A stretch of DNA of 64,000 bases from an uncultured Actinomycetes bacterium (GTDB taxonomy: Bacteria > Actinomycetota > Acidimicrobiia > Acidimicrobiales > RAAP-2): positions 20,464 to 84,463 of the forward strand of contig CAIKAC010000023.1 of assembly GCA_903825305.1 (NCBI GenBank). Direction: 5' to 3'. The notes beneath the pieces are model-generated. The model was given only the letters and a program-made list of their open reading frames with translations. It was not told the origin of the DNA and did no database searches. Position 1 is the stretch's first letter, and each line of letters begins with the position of its first letter. The position numbers were made by a program, and so were the translations under genes. Positions 1 to 8,638 of this stretch are shown here, piece by piece.

Positions 1-224
1 TGTGCGCCGACCACAGTTGCAGGGGCGATGACGCTGGTCAAGGGACTGGCAATGAAATCGGTGTAGGCCGCACGGAAGAGGCGCGCAGGGTACGAACGGG
101 CCCAATCGGTCTCATAGTCAACACCAACTCGTCGCTTTGGATTGGGACGAGGAATTGATGAGGGCCAGGTTGGCTTGGAGAGCGGAAACTTCATGGCCCC
201 CAACTTGGCGGTGTACTTCGACAT
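1..224 (-). CDS. N-terminal fragment of a CDS running off the window edge, possibly a lysophospholipid (PlsC-type) acyltransferase
   Basis: A reverse-strand ATG at 224-222 overlaps the stop of the upstream larA-like gene (ATGA), and the frame stays open to position 1. The translation is MSKYTAKLGAMKFPLSKPTWPSSIPRPNPKRRVGVDYETDWARSYPARLFRAAYTDF. The product call rests only on remembered similarity to actinobacterial acyltransferase N-termini. Confidence 0.4.
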   Translation of the reverse strand, partial: MSKYTAKLGAMKFPLSKPTWPSSIPRPNPKRRVGVDYETDWARSYPARLFRAAYTDFIASPLTSVIAPATVVGA

Positions 225-1813
225 CATTGAACGTCAGCCATGAACAGCGGTGGGTTGTGCAAGTGGGTGAGCGTCGGTGATGGCCCTACAACGTCCTTGG
301 CCATTTCGAGTGCGTCGTCGAGCGTGGATGCTGGGTGGAAACCCATCCGACGTACTGATTTGGGATCACCGCCAACAATGATGACGCGCCCCAAGTGCTC
401 CATGGCATGGCTGCACCAGTACCACATGTAAAAGGGGTGAACCCCGTGATACGCATGGCCAGTCCGGTATAAGTGGATGTACCAAGGGTCGGTTGCAAAG
501 GCCTCCTCGAACTCCTTGTGCATGACCTCTGGGTCGGTGGTTTGGGTGAGCACTTGTTCGAAGAAGTCGATGTAGCTGGGGTGGTGACCCGGGTGGAACT
601 CAGGCTGTGTGGGGTGGAACATGATCGCCACGCCACCTTCGCGTACAACGGGTTTACCGCGGTACATGTTGAAGAAGTAGCCAAGACCCAAGCATGCGAC
701 CAAAATCGGATTCAAGATTGAGTTCACGTTGTAGGGACTGATGTAGGGCAGCCCCATGGTCACAATGTCAGTTTGGCCTTCAACGCGGACGCCTTGTTGC
801 GCCCACACATCTTCAAGGATCTTCTCGTGGACGGCCTCCACCTCGCCGGCGTAAACGCTTCGCAATGCGTGCGGGGCGCGGATGCCTTGCAAGATATTGC
901 GAGCCAACTTGGTGGGAGCAAGCGAAAGTGCACTCGATGACGCTGCGTAGGCGGCACGGTCTCGAAGTGTCCATTCCCACTCTCGCTTTTGCAAGAACGA
1001 GAAATTGGAGGGAAAGGTGTCGGTGTTCAAGGTGGTCTCAATCTGGAAGATTTTGATGCCTGAATCTTTAATCAAGCGACCCATGCGCCAGTTGGCACTG
1101 TGGAGCTCAGAGCTTGGTGCATGCATGAAGGATTTGGAATGCGTCATGGTCTTTGGGTTGTGGTGATGGCGCAGACTTCGATATGACGCCAAACCCGTAG
1201 CAACAGACTTGTGGCCGCCATCCATGGCAACCAGGTTGATGTTGACGTAGACCAACAGATCGCTCTCAGCGGCGCGCTTGTTGATTTCAACTTCTTCGCC
1301 ATGGGGGGTCTCACCGATGAACAGCAAGTTTTCTGGGTCCTCGGCATCGTGTTGAAGCAATTGTCCATTGGGAGCAAAGGCGTCATAAACGCGGTTGCCA
1401 AGGGCGTGGCGAAGTTCTGGTTCGGTCATGCGGCGATGGAGGGCCAAAGCAGCGATTAAGACCACGTCATCGACACCTGCCGCAGCTGCTTGATCGAGCA
1501 CTGCTTCGATAACCATTTGGCGAATATCGGGTGCCACCATCGGGGGCAGGGGTAATGAGATGTCGTCAAAACAAATGGTGAGCTTCATCCCGGCATGTAG
1601 CAAAGCATGCAAGGGCTCCGATTCGCCGGTGGGGTGGTTGAGTGCGTCGCGAATGGCACCTTCTGGGTCGTTCAATGCATCAAACGGCTCTGGTGCGTAG
1701 ACGATTCGGCTTCCGGTGGGAAGTTGTTGCAAGCCAAATTTCTCACCATTCCACATCAAGGTGGGAGGTGTTGAACGGTCGGTTTCGAGGACGAAGCCCG
1801 GACGAGGACTCAT
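224..1813 (-). CDS. LarA-like (DUF2088, lactate racemase N-terminal domain) family protein, divergent and long (529 aa)
   Basis: The N-terminal region (LPTGSRIVYAPEPFDAL...PEGAIRDALNHPTGSEPL...GMKLTICFDDISLPLP) and the central DLLVYVNINLVAMDGGHKS segment resemble the LarA/DUF2088 architecture. The start has an ATGA overlap with the upstream ADH gene. Confidence 0.7.
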   Translation of the reverse strand: MSPRPGFVLETDRSTPPTLMWNGEKFGLQQLPTGSRIVYAPEPFDALNDPEGAIRDALNHPTGESEPLHALLHAGMKLTICFDDISLPLPPMVAPDIRQMVIEAVLDQAAAAGVDDVVLIAALALHRRMTEPELRHALGNRVYDAFAPNGQLLQHDAEDPENLLFIGETPHGEEVEINKRAAESDLLVYVNINLVAMDGGHKSVATGLASYRSLRHHHNPKTMTHSKSFMHAPSSELHSANWRMGRLIKDSGIKIFQIETTLNTDTFPSNFSFLQKREWEWTLRDRAAYAASSSALSLAPTKLARNILQGIRAPHALRSVYAGEVEAVHEKILEDVWAQQGVRVEGQTDIVTMGLPYISPYNVNSILNPILVACLGLGYFFNMYRGKPVVREGGVAIMFHPTQPEFHPGHHPSYIDFFEQVLTQTTDPEVMHKEFEEAFATDPWYIHLYRTGHAYHGVHPFYMWYWCSHAMEHLGRVIIVGGDPKSVRRMGFHPASTLDDALEMAKDVVGPSPTLTHLHNPPLFMADVQ

Positions 1814-3069
1814 GCGTCATCCTTTCGATGCTTAGTGGAGCGTGAAGATTCAAAGACGATCTTGGTGGCGCCCCGGCTGCCGGCTTGGCCGGCATGGGCG
1901 AGTGCTTCTTCGAAGCGATCAATGGGGTAGCGCGCCGAGACGAGGTTCCCTAGCCCCTTGGCAACCACGAATTCGAAGGCAAGGTCGAAGGTAGGTATCG
2001 AGACGTCTCCGAGCTGTTCTACGCCATAGGCATAGGCACCGATAAGTTCGATTTCGCGTCGCCAGAGTGGAGCAAGATCCACAGAGATTTTCCCAGGCAT
2101 GCCGACGAGCACAATCCGACCGCCAGGAGCGGTAATGCGAAGGGCTTGAGCAATCGAATCTGCCGACCCAACGCAGTCAAAGGTGACGTTCGCTCCGCCT
2201 GAGAGCTCTCCAAGATGTCCGGAGAACCCCATGGAGCCGGCGTGAACCGCCGCCCGCACTGCACGGTCGAGTTGCTTGGGCTCTACGACATCCGTGGCAC
2301 CGAGATCCTTTGCGCTGCGTTGCTGATGCGAATACTTGGCTCCCACGATGATCTTGTGTGGTCGTGCGAGTCCGTAGGCGTCACTAAGGAAATTAAGAGC
2401 GCCAATTACGCCGAGGCCAAGCGTGCCTGCACCAATCACGGCCACCGTGTCGGTGACATCAATCGGGCAACGCAGTGCTGCATGGAGCGCACACGCCATG
2501 GGCTCAACCATGACTGCTTCATCGTCAGTCAGTACTTCGGGCACCACGAAGATTTGACTCTGGTGGGCCATCAAGGGACCGTCTGACCAACCACCACCCG
2601 TGTCAGCGCAGTACCCAGTTTGAAGACCCGGACGCAGGTGCCCGTGTGCCAAGTTTCCACATCGTCCCACCTCGCCAGCTTGGCAAAATCGACACAGCGC
2701 GAGACCTCGGGCGGCACACCCGAGTACTGGCTGGATGGCGATACGAGTTCCCGCCTCAAAAGCTTGGCCGTGGGCATCAATGCCTGCACGCTCGGCCAGG
2801 GCCACGATCTCGTGGCCAGGAATGAAGGGAAACGAAACGATGGACTCAAAGCTGCGAGAGGCTCGCCCATCAACCGTCGCTAGGTCACTGCCGCAGATAC
2901 CAGCGAGCAATGGCGTAACCGGCGTCCATCCCGGACCGAGATCACGAGGACTCGGACCATCGCCGAGCCGCAGCGGTCCCACGCCCGCCCCTCGGCCGCT
3001 GCCAAAGGTTGAGGCAAGGTAGGCCGCAACAAATCGCGTAGGCCGACGCTCCATGCGCAGGGCTTTCAT
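1810..3069 (-). CDS. zinc-dependent alcohol dehydrogenase (MDR superfamily)
   Basis: Contains GICGSDL and PGHE catalytic-zinc motifs, a structural-zinc Cys cluster (CRFCQAGEVGRC) and a GAGTLGLG Rossmann motif. I chose the ATG at 3069, which is preceded by AGGAGG and overlaps the upstream stop (ATGA), rather than the longest ORF (3093). Confidence 0.85.
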   Translation of the reverse strand: MKALRMERRPTRFVAAYLASTFGSGRGAGVGPLRLGDGPSPRDLGPGWTPVTPLLAGICGSDLATVDGRASRSFESIVSFPFIPGHEIVALAERAGIDAHGQAFEAGTRIAIQPVLGCAARGLALCRFCQAGEVGRCGNLAHGHLRPGLQTGYCADTGGGWSDGPLMAHQSQIFVVPEVLTDDEAVMVEPMACALHAALRCPIDVTDTVAVIGAGTLGLGVIGALNFLSDAYGLARPHKIIVGAKYSHQQRSAKDLGATDVVEPKQLDRAVRAAVHAGSMGFSGHLGELSGGANVTFDCVGSADSIAQALRITAPGGRIVLVGMPGKISVDLAPLWRREIELIGAYAYGVEQLGDVSIPTFDLAFEFVVAKGLGNLVSARYPIDRFEEALAHAGQAGSRGATKIVFESSRSTKHRKDDA

Positions 3070-5480
3070 CGACTCCTCCTTGAACTCCGCCAAGCGCCCC
3101 CTGGGCGAATGCTGTCAAATGGCCCAAGTGGCAACAGTCGCGAGGAACCGCCCTCAGCACGGGACCAATTCTCAACAAGCCAGCCTCGTTTGCGAGCGAT
3201 GAGTGCGAGGCGAGACTCGGGGTTCACGGCAACGGGGAAGCCCACGGCTTCCAACATGGCCAAGTCTGATGTCCCATCGGCGTACGCCACAGTCTCTTCC
3301 AAGGAAATGCCGTGGTCACGGGCATAATCTTCAAGGACGTTCGCGCGCGCCTCTCCGATGGGCGGTAGATACTCCATACGCCCCGTGAGCCGTCCGTTTC
3401 GCTCGCCAAGGGTGGCGCAGATGACGTCGTCAAACAAGGGGGCAAGGGGCTCAATAATTAAGTCGAGCGCTCCCGTGATGAGCAAGGTTCGATGACCGAG
3501 GCGCCGGTGCTCTCGCACTCGGGCGATGCCAGCGGGGAAACTGCGGAGCATCAACTGTTCATGAAAGAGTTGCCAAGCGTCGGCACGAATTTGATCCACG
3601 CGAGCGCCTTGGTACTTGAGGTAGAAGCTTCTCAAGAAGTCACCGCGATCTCTGCGGTCCATGGCAAGCAACTGAGGCCCTTGGCGAACCAAATCGGCGA
3701 CGAATGCGGTGCGCGCCGAGAGTGGCAGGTGACGGCTGGCGAGCCATGCATAGGTATCGACCACGTTGGAAGCCATCAACGTGTTCTCAAGGTCAAAGAC
3801 GGCAAGTTGGCGATCGGGGGAGAGGACGTTGGCTCGTGAACGATCAGCACGATCGGCCATAACGGGCTTGCCGGGACTGGTGCGAACTCGAGCGTGCTTG
3901 ACAACGCTGGGTAGGTGGGTATCGCACACATAATGTGCCCAGTCGATGTCAGAAGGATCAAAGGCAAAGGCAGCTTGTGATGCCGGCGTGAGATCGGCAA
4001 AGAGACTCAAACTGCGATCAATGCGGTATCGCGCGTCTGTTTCGGTGTACGCACCGTAGAGCTCGACGTAACCGAGAGCACGTTTGGCCACCACGTTGCG
4101 TTCTTCGAGTTTGGCGCCAATGTCGGCTCGCTCCCCTCGAAGCGGAAGGGCTCCAAGAAACTTTTCGAGTGCGTCAATACCAGTCGTGGCTCGCTTGAGT
4201 TGGCGTTGTACGCGACCACGACCGGGGAAATTCCATGCGGGAACCGAAATGGGCTGGCCTTGGTCGTCGTACAGCGGGTGGGCAGTGAACCATCCTTCAA
4301 CTAACTCGACCAAGCGTCCATACCGCAATGGATTGCGAACACCAGAGGCAATTTGGTACACCGCGACGTGATCTTCGGGACCCTTGGCGGCAACTGCGAT
4401 GACATCGGCCACCACCATGTCGACCGGGATGACGTCCACGATGCCTTCGGGCACGCCCGGGAACTCTTTGAGGAGTCCGCGGGCATAAGAGACGATGATG
4501 GGTTCGGCCATGCGGAATCCACGGATCCAACCAGGCGCAGGTTCACTCAGTGCGGATTCGATAATGGAAGGCCGAACGATGGAAATGGGCAAGGGGTCTG
4601 CGGAGCGAGGTCCGTGGTTCTCTACAAGCGCACGCTCGCCGAGTGCCTTGGTATAGGGGTAAGCATCGGGCCATCCCAGTGCTTGCGATCTTGTGGTTCC
4701 CGCGGTTACGAGCTGATCTTTGATCCACTCTTGTCGGAGTTTTTCGGCGCGAATCGCGATGACGTGGCTGCCGGCGGATCCCAATTCTTGGGTGGCGCGT
4801 TTCACGAATTCGTCTTGGGTGGGGGAGAGTCGCGATTGCGCTTCGAGGTCTTGGCGCAGTCTGCGGGCTGAGGCGACCTCTTGGCGCCAGTCAACTTCGA
4901 CATCAAAGCGATGGTCACCGAGGAGATGCTCCTTGGCTTCGCCCTGGAAGGTAGAGGCCACGTAGCACGTTGAAATGGCAATCAGGTGACGAGGGCCGCT
5001 CACTCCGGCCTGGGCGGCATGTGCCTTTGCCGCCGCCATGGCATCTGCCACTCGACTAGGGCCGAGCAAATTGATCTCAATGGCCTGATCAAGGGGGGAG
5101 TCGAAGGCCACGGCTGCTGCTGAGTGAATGACGGTGTCACAGCCGGCCATCTCCGCAATGCCGGCATCATCGAGTCCAAGGCACTCACGGGTGACGTCGC
5201 CTGGTACGGCTCGAATGCGCGCGGCCATCTGTTGCGTGAATTGGTCCCCAAGCTCAGCGCGCAAGCGGTCGAAACAGTCGTTGCGAACGATTTCTTTCAT
5301 GGCGCGATCAAGGGCAGAACTGCGTCGGCCTGGCCTAATGAGGAGAACGACTTCAGACTCGGGGATCCCCCGCAAAATGCGCTCGATGAGTGCGGTGCCC
5401 AAAAAGCCGGTGCCGCCAGTAATGAAGAACCGTCGACCGCGAAGAGTTGCTGCGATATCCACGGTCACATGGTCTAGCAC
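3066..5480 (-). CDS. fusion protein: fatty acyl-CoA/ACP reductase-like SDR (NAD_binding_4, male-sterility type) N-terminal domain plus HAD-IB (SerB-like) hydrolase C-terminal domain
   Basis: The N-terminus has FFITGGTGFLGTALIERIL and YPYTKALGE (YxxxK), typical of FAR/thioester reductases. From about aa 560 the C-terminus has HAD motifs: VFDLENTLM (motif I, with Glu at the D+2 position), LITGALDLI, and YADGTSDLAMLEAVGFPVAVNP. The start is GTG at 5480 or 5468. Confidence 0.8.
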   Translation of the reverse strand: MLDHVTVDIAATLRGRRFFITGGTGFLGTALIERILRGIPESEVVLLIRPGRRSSALDRAMKEIVRNDCFDRLRAELGDQFTQQMAARIRAVPGDVTRECLGLDDAGIAEMAGCDTVIHSAAAVAFDSPLDQAIEINLLGPSRVADAMAAAKAHAAQAGVSGPRHLIAISTCYVASTFQGEAKEHLLGDHRFDVEVDWRQEVASARRLRQDLEAQSRLSPTQDEFVKRATQELGSAGSHVIAIRAEKLRQEWIKDQLVTAGTTRSQALGWPDAYPYTKALGERALVENHGPRSADPLPISIVRPSIIESALSEPAPGWIRGFRMAEPIIVSYARGLLKEFPGVPEGIVDVIPVDMVVADVIAVAAKGPEDHVAVYQIASGVRNPLRYGRLVELVEGWFTAHPLYDDQGQPISVPAWNFPGRGRVQRQLKRATTGIDALEKFLGALPLRGERADIGAKLEERNVVAKRALGYVELYGAYTETDARYRIDRSLSLFADLTPASQAAFAFDPSDIDWAHYVCDTHLPSVVKHARVRTSPGKPVMADRADRSRANVLSPDRQLAVFDLENTLMASNVVDTYAWLASRHLPLSARTAFVADLVRQGPQLLAMDRRDRGDFLRSFYLKYQGARVDQIRADAWQLFHEQLMLRSFPAGIARVREHRRLGHRTLLITGALDLIIEPLAPLFDDVICATLGERNGRLTGRMEYLPPIGEARANVLEDYARDHGISLEETVAYADGTSDLAMLEAVGFPVAVNPESRLALIARKRGWLVENWSRAEGGSSRLLPLGPFDSIRPGGAWRSSRRSR

Positions 5481-5497
5481 TTCTTCGAGATTTTGTC

Positions 5498-5509
5498 TAC
5501 CATTTGGTA
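5498..5509. promoter_or_regulatory. inverted repeat TACCA-TT-TGGTA in the 30-nt divergent intergenic region, a candidate TetR operator
   Basis: Read directly from the sequence. It lies immediately upstream of the tetR GTG (5511) and about 20 nt upstream of the reductase-fusion start. The arms are short, so it could be chance. Confidence 0.2.
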
Positions 5510-5510
5510 A

Positions 5511-6098
5511 GTGAGCCCCAGCACATCAGACCGAATCCTCGAGGCGGCCTTATCCGCATTTGCTTCGAGGGGATATGAGGTCGTCTCGCTTGACGCCTTG
5601 GCGAGCGAGTTGGGCGTATCAAAACAAACCATCTTGTATTGGTTTGAATCAAAAGATGCACTGCTCTCCGCGGTCATAGAGCGGGGGGCCGCAGAACTCA
5701 GCAATGAGCTAGAACTCGCCCTCCAAGTTGACGCCAAAGGTTTTGACCGTGTCGAGATTGTGGTGCGCGCCGTCTTTCGGATGGCAGCGCAGCGCCCTGA
5801 ACTTCTTGGCCTCTTGCGTGAGGTTGCCCGGCTCGGTCCACCACCAGCTGCTCAGATGACGCAAGCCTTGGATCCCTTAGTGCAACGAGCCGCCACCTTT
5901 CTTGAAGCGCAAATGGACGAAGGCGCAATGCGAAAGAGTGACCCGAAGCTTTTGCTGCTCGCCATGTACTCAACTGTGATTGGCATGGTGACCGAGGTAG
6001 AGGTCCTCAGAGCCCTTGGTGAAGAAACAGATGCTCGAAGTTTGGTCAGGCGACGCAGAGACGTTATTGAGTTGCTCCGCTCAGCCCTCAGCACCTAG
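5511..6098 (+). CDS. TetR/AcrR family transcriptional regulator
   Basis: The N-terminal HTH is ILEAALSAFASRGYEVVSLDALASELGVSKQTILYWFESKDALL. The gene is divergent from the reductase operon. Confidence 0.85.
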   Translation: MSPSTSDRILEAALSAFASRGYEVVSLDALASELGVSKQTILYWFESKDALLSAVIERGAAELSNELELALQVDAKGFDRVEIVVRAVFRMAAQRPELLGLLREVARLGPPPAAQMTQALDPLVQRAATFLEAQMDEGAMRKSDPKLLLLAMYSTVIGMVTEVEVLRALGEETDARSLVRRRRDVIELLRSALST

Positions 6099-6928
6099 GC
6101 GGACTCATCGCCTTTGAGCCACTTGGAAACTTTCGATTGCGGCTTAGGGGCCGGAGGTGGCGTGGGCTTCTTGGGTGCTGGTTTCTTCGGGGTGTAGCGC
6201 TTGGATTCGCTGGAAGTGCTTGCGCTGGTTTTCGAGGTGCTGGCTTTGGCGGAACTTCGTGAAGAGGGTTCAGCAAAACTTGGCTTTACGCCATTTTTTC
6301 TGTCGGCTCTTGCCTGAGCATTGAGTTTGGCCACGGTGCGAGCGTCAGTAGTCCCAAACTTCTGCATTCTCCACGCGCGGAGCATCAACCAACCACCCAT
6401 CAAAATGAACGGCACGGCCACGCTCAGGCCAGCTCCGGCACTGAGTGCGAATCCACTCATGAGCACCGTGAAAGCAAGGGCCACTCGACGCTTCATCCGG
6501 GCGGCGACTGCGATGGAAAGCGAGAAGACCACCATGACGACCAAGGTGAAGACATAGTGCTGCTTGTAGTGGGGGTTCAGTGAGCAAACATTGATGACTT
6601 TGCCGGCAGCGTCTTTACCCTTGATCAAGGTGTAGTCGAGGGCACACTTGCCTTTAACCGGGGCAGCAATGGGCTGATGCTTAGTGAAAATGCCAACGAG
6701 TGAATAAAACGTGCCGAAAATCAAGGCCAAGACAGCGGCGGCGTAGCCCAGTTTGCGCTCGAAGGGTTCGAGCGAGCGCATCGCGGCCTTGCGATCAGCG
6801 CCATAGACAATGACGACTTCGGGCTTTTCCGTTGCGACCGAAGGCTTCTTGGGCTTCAAAAAGCCCCGAGAAGTCGATGGTTGGGTTGCCGATGCGTTGT
6901 CTTGGGGAGGGGTTTGGTCGTCAGTCAC
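6095..6928 (-). CDS. hypothetical integral membrane protein with a Ser/Lys/Pro-rich C-terminal tail
   Basis: Four hydrophobic segments, an extracytoplasmic loop with two Cys, and a C-terminal KKPAPKKPTPPPAPKP low-complexity region. GTG start. I recognise no family. Confidence 0.55.
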   Translation of the reverse strand: MTDDQTPPQDNASATQPSTSRGFLKPKKPSVATEKPEVVIVYGADRKAAMRSLEPFERKLGYAAAVLALIFGTFYSLVGIFTKHQPIAAPVKGKCALDYTLIKGKDAAGKVINVCSLNPHYKQHYVFTLVVMVVFSLSIAVAARMKRRVALAFTVLMSGFALSAGAGLSVAVPFILMGGWLMLRAWRMQKFGTTDARTVAKLNAQARADRKNGVKPSFAEPSSRSSAKASTSKTSASTSSESKRYTPKKPAPKKPTPPPAPKPQSKVSKWLKGDESA

Positions 6929-7007
6929 AGAATCGAAGGCTACCCCCGATCACCCCGCGAGCCATTCATCGAACACATCGGGCTATCCTTAGGGTCCCGA
7001 AATTTTC

Positions 7008-7084
7008 GGGCGCTTAGCTCAGCTGGTTAGAGCGCTGCCTTCACACGGCAGAGGTCGTGGGTTCGAGTCCCGCAGCGCCCACCA
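7008..7084 (+). tRNA. tRNA-Val (anticodon CAC) with encoded CCA
   Basis: Cloverleaf folded by hand: acceptor GGGCGCT/AGCGCCC, D stem GCTC/GAGC, anticodon stem CTGCC/GGCAG with loop TTCACAC, T stem GTGGG/CCCGC with TTCGAGT loop, discriminator A, then CCA. Confidence 0.95.
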
Positions 7085-7105
7085 CTCACACCGAAACGAG
7101 GAGCC

Positions 7106-7324
7106 ATGGGATCACAAGGGTCAGGATCACGCAAGAAGCGCAACCATCTTCCCAAGGTGCCCAAATACGAAGAGCCCAACGTGGCCCCTCTCTCAGGCTT
7201 GGCTCCGGAACATGCAATCAATGCAGGCCGAGAAGGCCACGAACTGAGCCATGCGAAGCAGCCTGGAAAATTTGGTCAGTTCCTACTTCGACTCTTGGGC
7301 AAGAAGCCAGGCGAGCACATCTAG
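7106..7324 (+). CDS. hypothetical small basic protein (72 aa)
   Basis: This is the only ORF that fills the 255-nt gap between the tRNA and the cfa stop in an otherwise gap-free genome. GAGGAG lies just upstream, but the spacing to the ATG is short. No family recognised. Confidence 0.35.
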   Translation: MGSQGSGSRKKRNHLPKVPKYEEPNVAPLSGLAPEHAINAGREGHELSHAKQPGKFGQFLLRLLGKKPGEHI

Positions 7325-7339
7325 CGCGATGAGGAAGCC

Positions 7340-8638
7340 TTAGTGGCGACGAGTACTCAGTGACGCTTGGCGCCACTGCGGTTTGGCCAGGATGATTTGC
7401 ACCACGCTGACGTGTCGCTCCCGAAAGCCGGCCTCACAGTAGGCAAGGTAGAAATCCCACAGGCGCGCCATCTCTTGGCTGAGACCCAGTGATGCAAGTT
7501 CATTCCACTTGCGGTGCAGTCTGCGCCGCCATCGCCACAGCGTCTCGGCGTAGTGCAGTCCTATGTCCTCAAGGTCGATAATTCGCATATCGGTATTCTC
7601 GGCAACGTCACTGGCAATAGAGGAAATTGAAGGTAGCGATCCTCCAGGAAAAATCCAGTCAGTGATGAAATCCGTAGTTGCACGAACTCGGTGATAACGC
7701 TGATCCGCCACCACGATGGCTTGAAGTCCCATCAGACCGTCTGGCTTGAGCAACTTCGAGCAGGTGGCAAAAAAGATTGGTACATCTCGCCAGTCCACCG
7801 CTTCAATCATCTCAACTGAAACCAAGCGGTCGTAGTGGCCATCGAGGTCGCGATAGTCCTCTTCGCGCAGATCAATTCGATTGGAAAGACCCTCGTTTGC
7901 AATACGCTCGCGCGCCAAGGCGGCCTGATTAGCCGAGATGGTCGTCGTCGTCACAGAAGCACCATGGGTACCGGCCGCTCGAATAGCGAAGCTTCCCCAT
8001 CCGGTTCCAATTTCCAAGAGCGACGTAGCGCTTGTCACGCCGAGCTTTTCACAAAGACGGTCAATTTTCGCCCTCGAAGCGTCAGCCAACTTCGTGTCGC
8101 CTGACTCAAATACGCCTGAGGAATAGGTCATCGTCTCATCGAGAAACAATTCAAAGAATTCGTTGCTCAAGTCATAGTGGGCGCGAACATTTTTGCGATC
8201 GCGGTGCTTGTCGGACCTACGAAGTTTGCGTATCGGGTCAAAGAGAGGGCGGAAGCGGTGGTGAATACGGTTGCGTCGTTCATCAAGCTCGGCTTGGGCT
8301 CGAATCATCGCCCGGAGTGCGGCAACGACATCATCGCTGTCCCACCATCCGCGAAAATACGCTTCTCCGAGTCCTGAACTTCCTCCGCGTGCAACACAGG
8401 AATAGGCCCGCGCGTCGAGGATCCACACGCTCACCGGGTGAGTGTCACTCGCTAATTCATGGTCACGATGGTGAAGGGGAGGGTCGAGGGGCTGCTCGCC
8501 GAGTCGCTCTATGAGCGCTACGCCTTCGAGTTGTCGAGCAAAGCGTCGGAGAACGCGACGCTCAGTACGCGAACGGAATCCCCGTTTTGCCTTGAGTGTG
8601 GCGGCCTTGGGGCCGATGAGCTCAATCTCTTGGTCCAT
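7340..8638 (-). CDS. cfa: cyclopropane-fatty-acyl-phospholipid synthase family SAM-dependent methyltransferase
   Basis: Contains HYDLSNEFFELFLDETMTYSSGVF and LLEIGTGWG (SAM motif I), and the C-terminal WRRRL...WDFYLAYCEAGF is typical of the CFA/mycolic acid methyltransferase family. Confidence 0.9.
   Translation of the reverse strand: MDQEIELIGPKAATLKAKRGFRSRTERRVLRRFARQLEGVALIERLGEQPLDPPLHHRDHELASDTHPVSVWILDARAYSCVARGGSSGLGEAYFRGWWDSDDVVAALRAMIRAQAELDERRNRIHHRFRPLFDPIRKLRRSDKHRDRKNVRAHYDLSNEFFELFLDETMTYSSGVFESGDTKLADASRAKIDRLCEKLGVTSATSLLEIGTGWGSFAIRAAGTHGASVTTTTISANQAALARERIANEGLSNRIDLREEDYRDLDGHYDRLVSVEMIEAVDWRDVPIFFATCSKLLKPDGLMGLQAIVVADQRYHRVRATTDFITDWIFPGGSLPSISSIASDVAENTDMRIIDLEDIGLHYAETLWRWRRRLHRKWNELASLGLSQEMARLWDFYLAYCEAGFRERHVSVVQIILAKPQWRQASLSTRRH

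Noticed and set aside
7008-7340. tRNA-Val as a possible integration site for a genomic island covering the cfa/ccdA/ABC region.
   Set aside because: No integrase, excisionase or phage/IS gene is present, and I noticed no direct repeat of the tRNA 3' end. The flanking genes have the same composition as the rest of the window. I cannot run an exhaustive repeat search by eye, so this rejection is not absolute.
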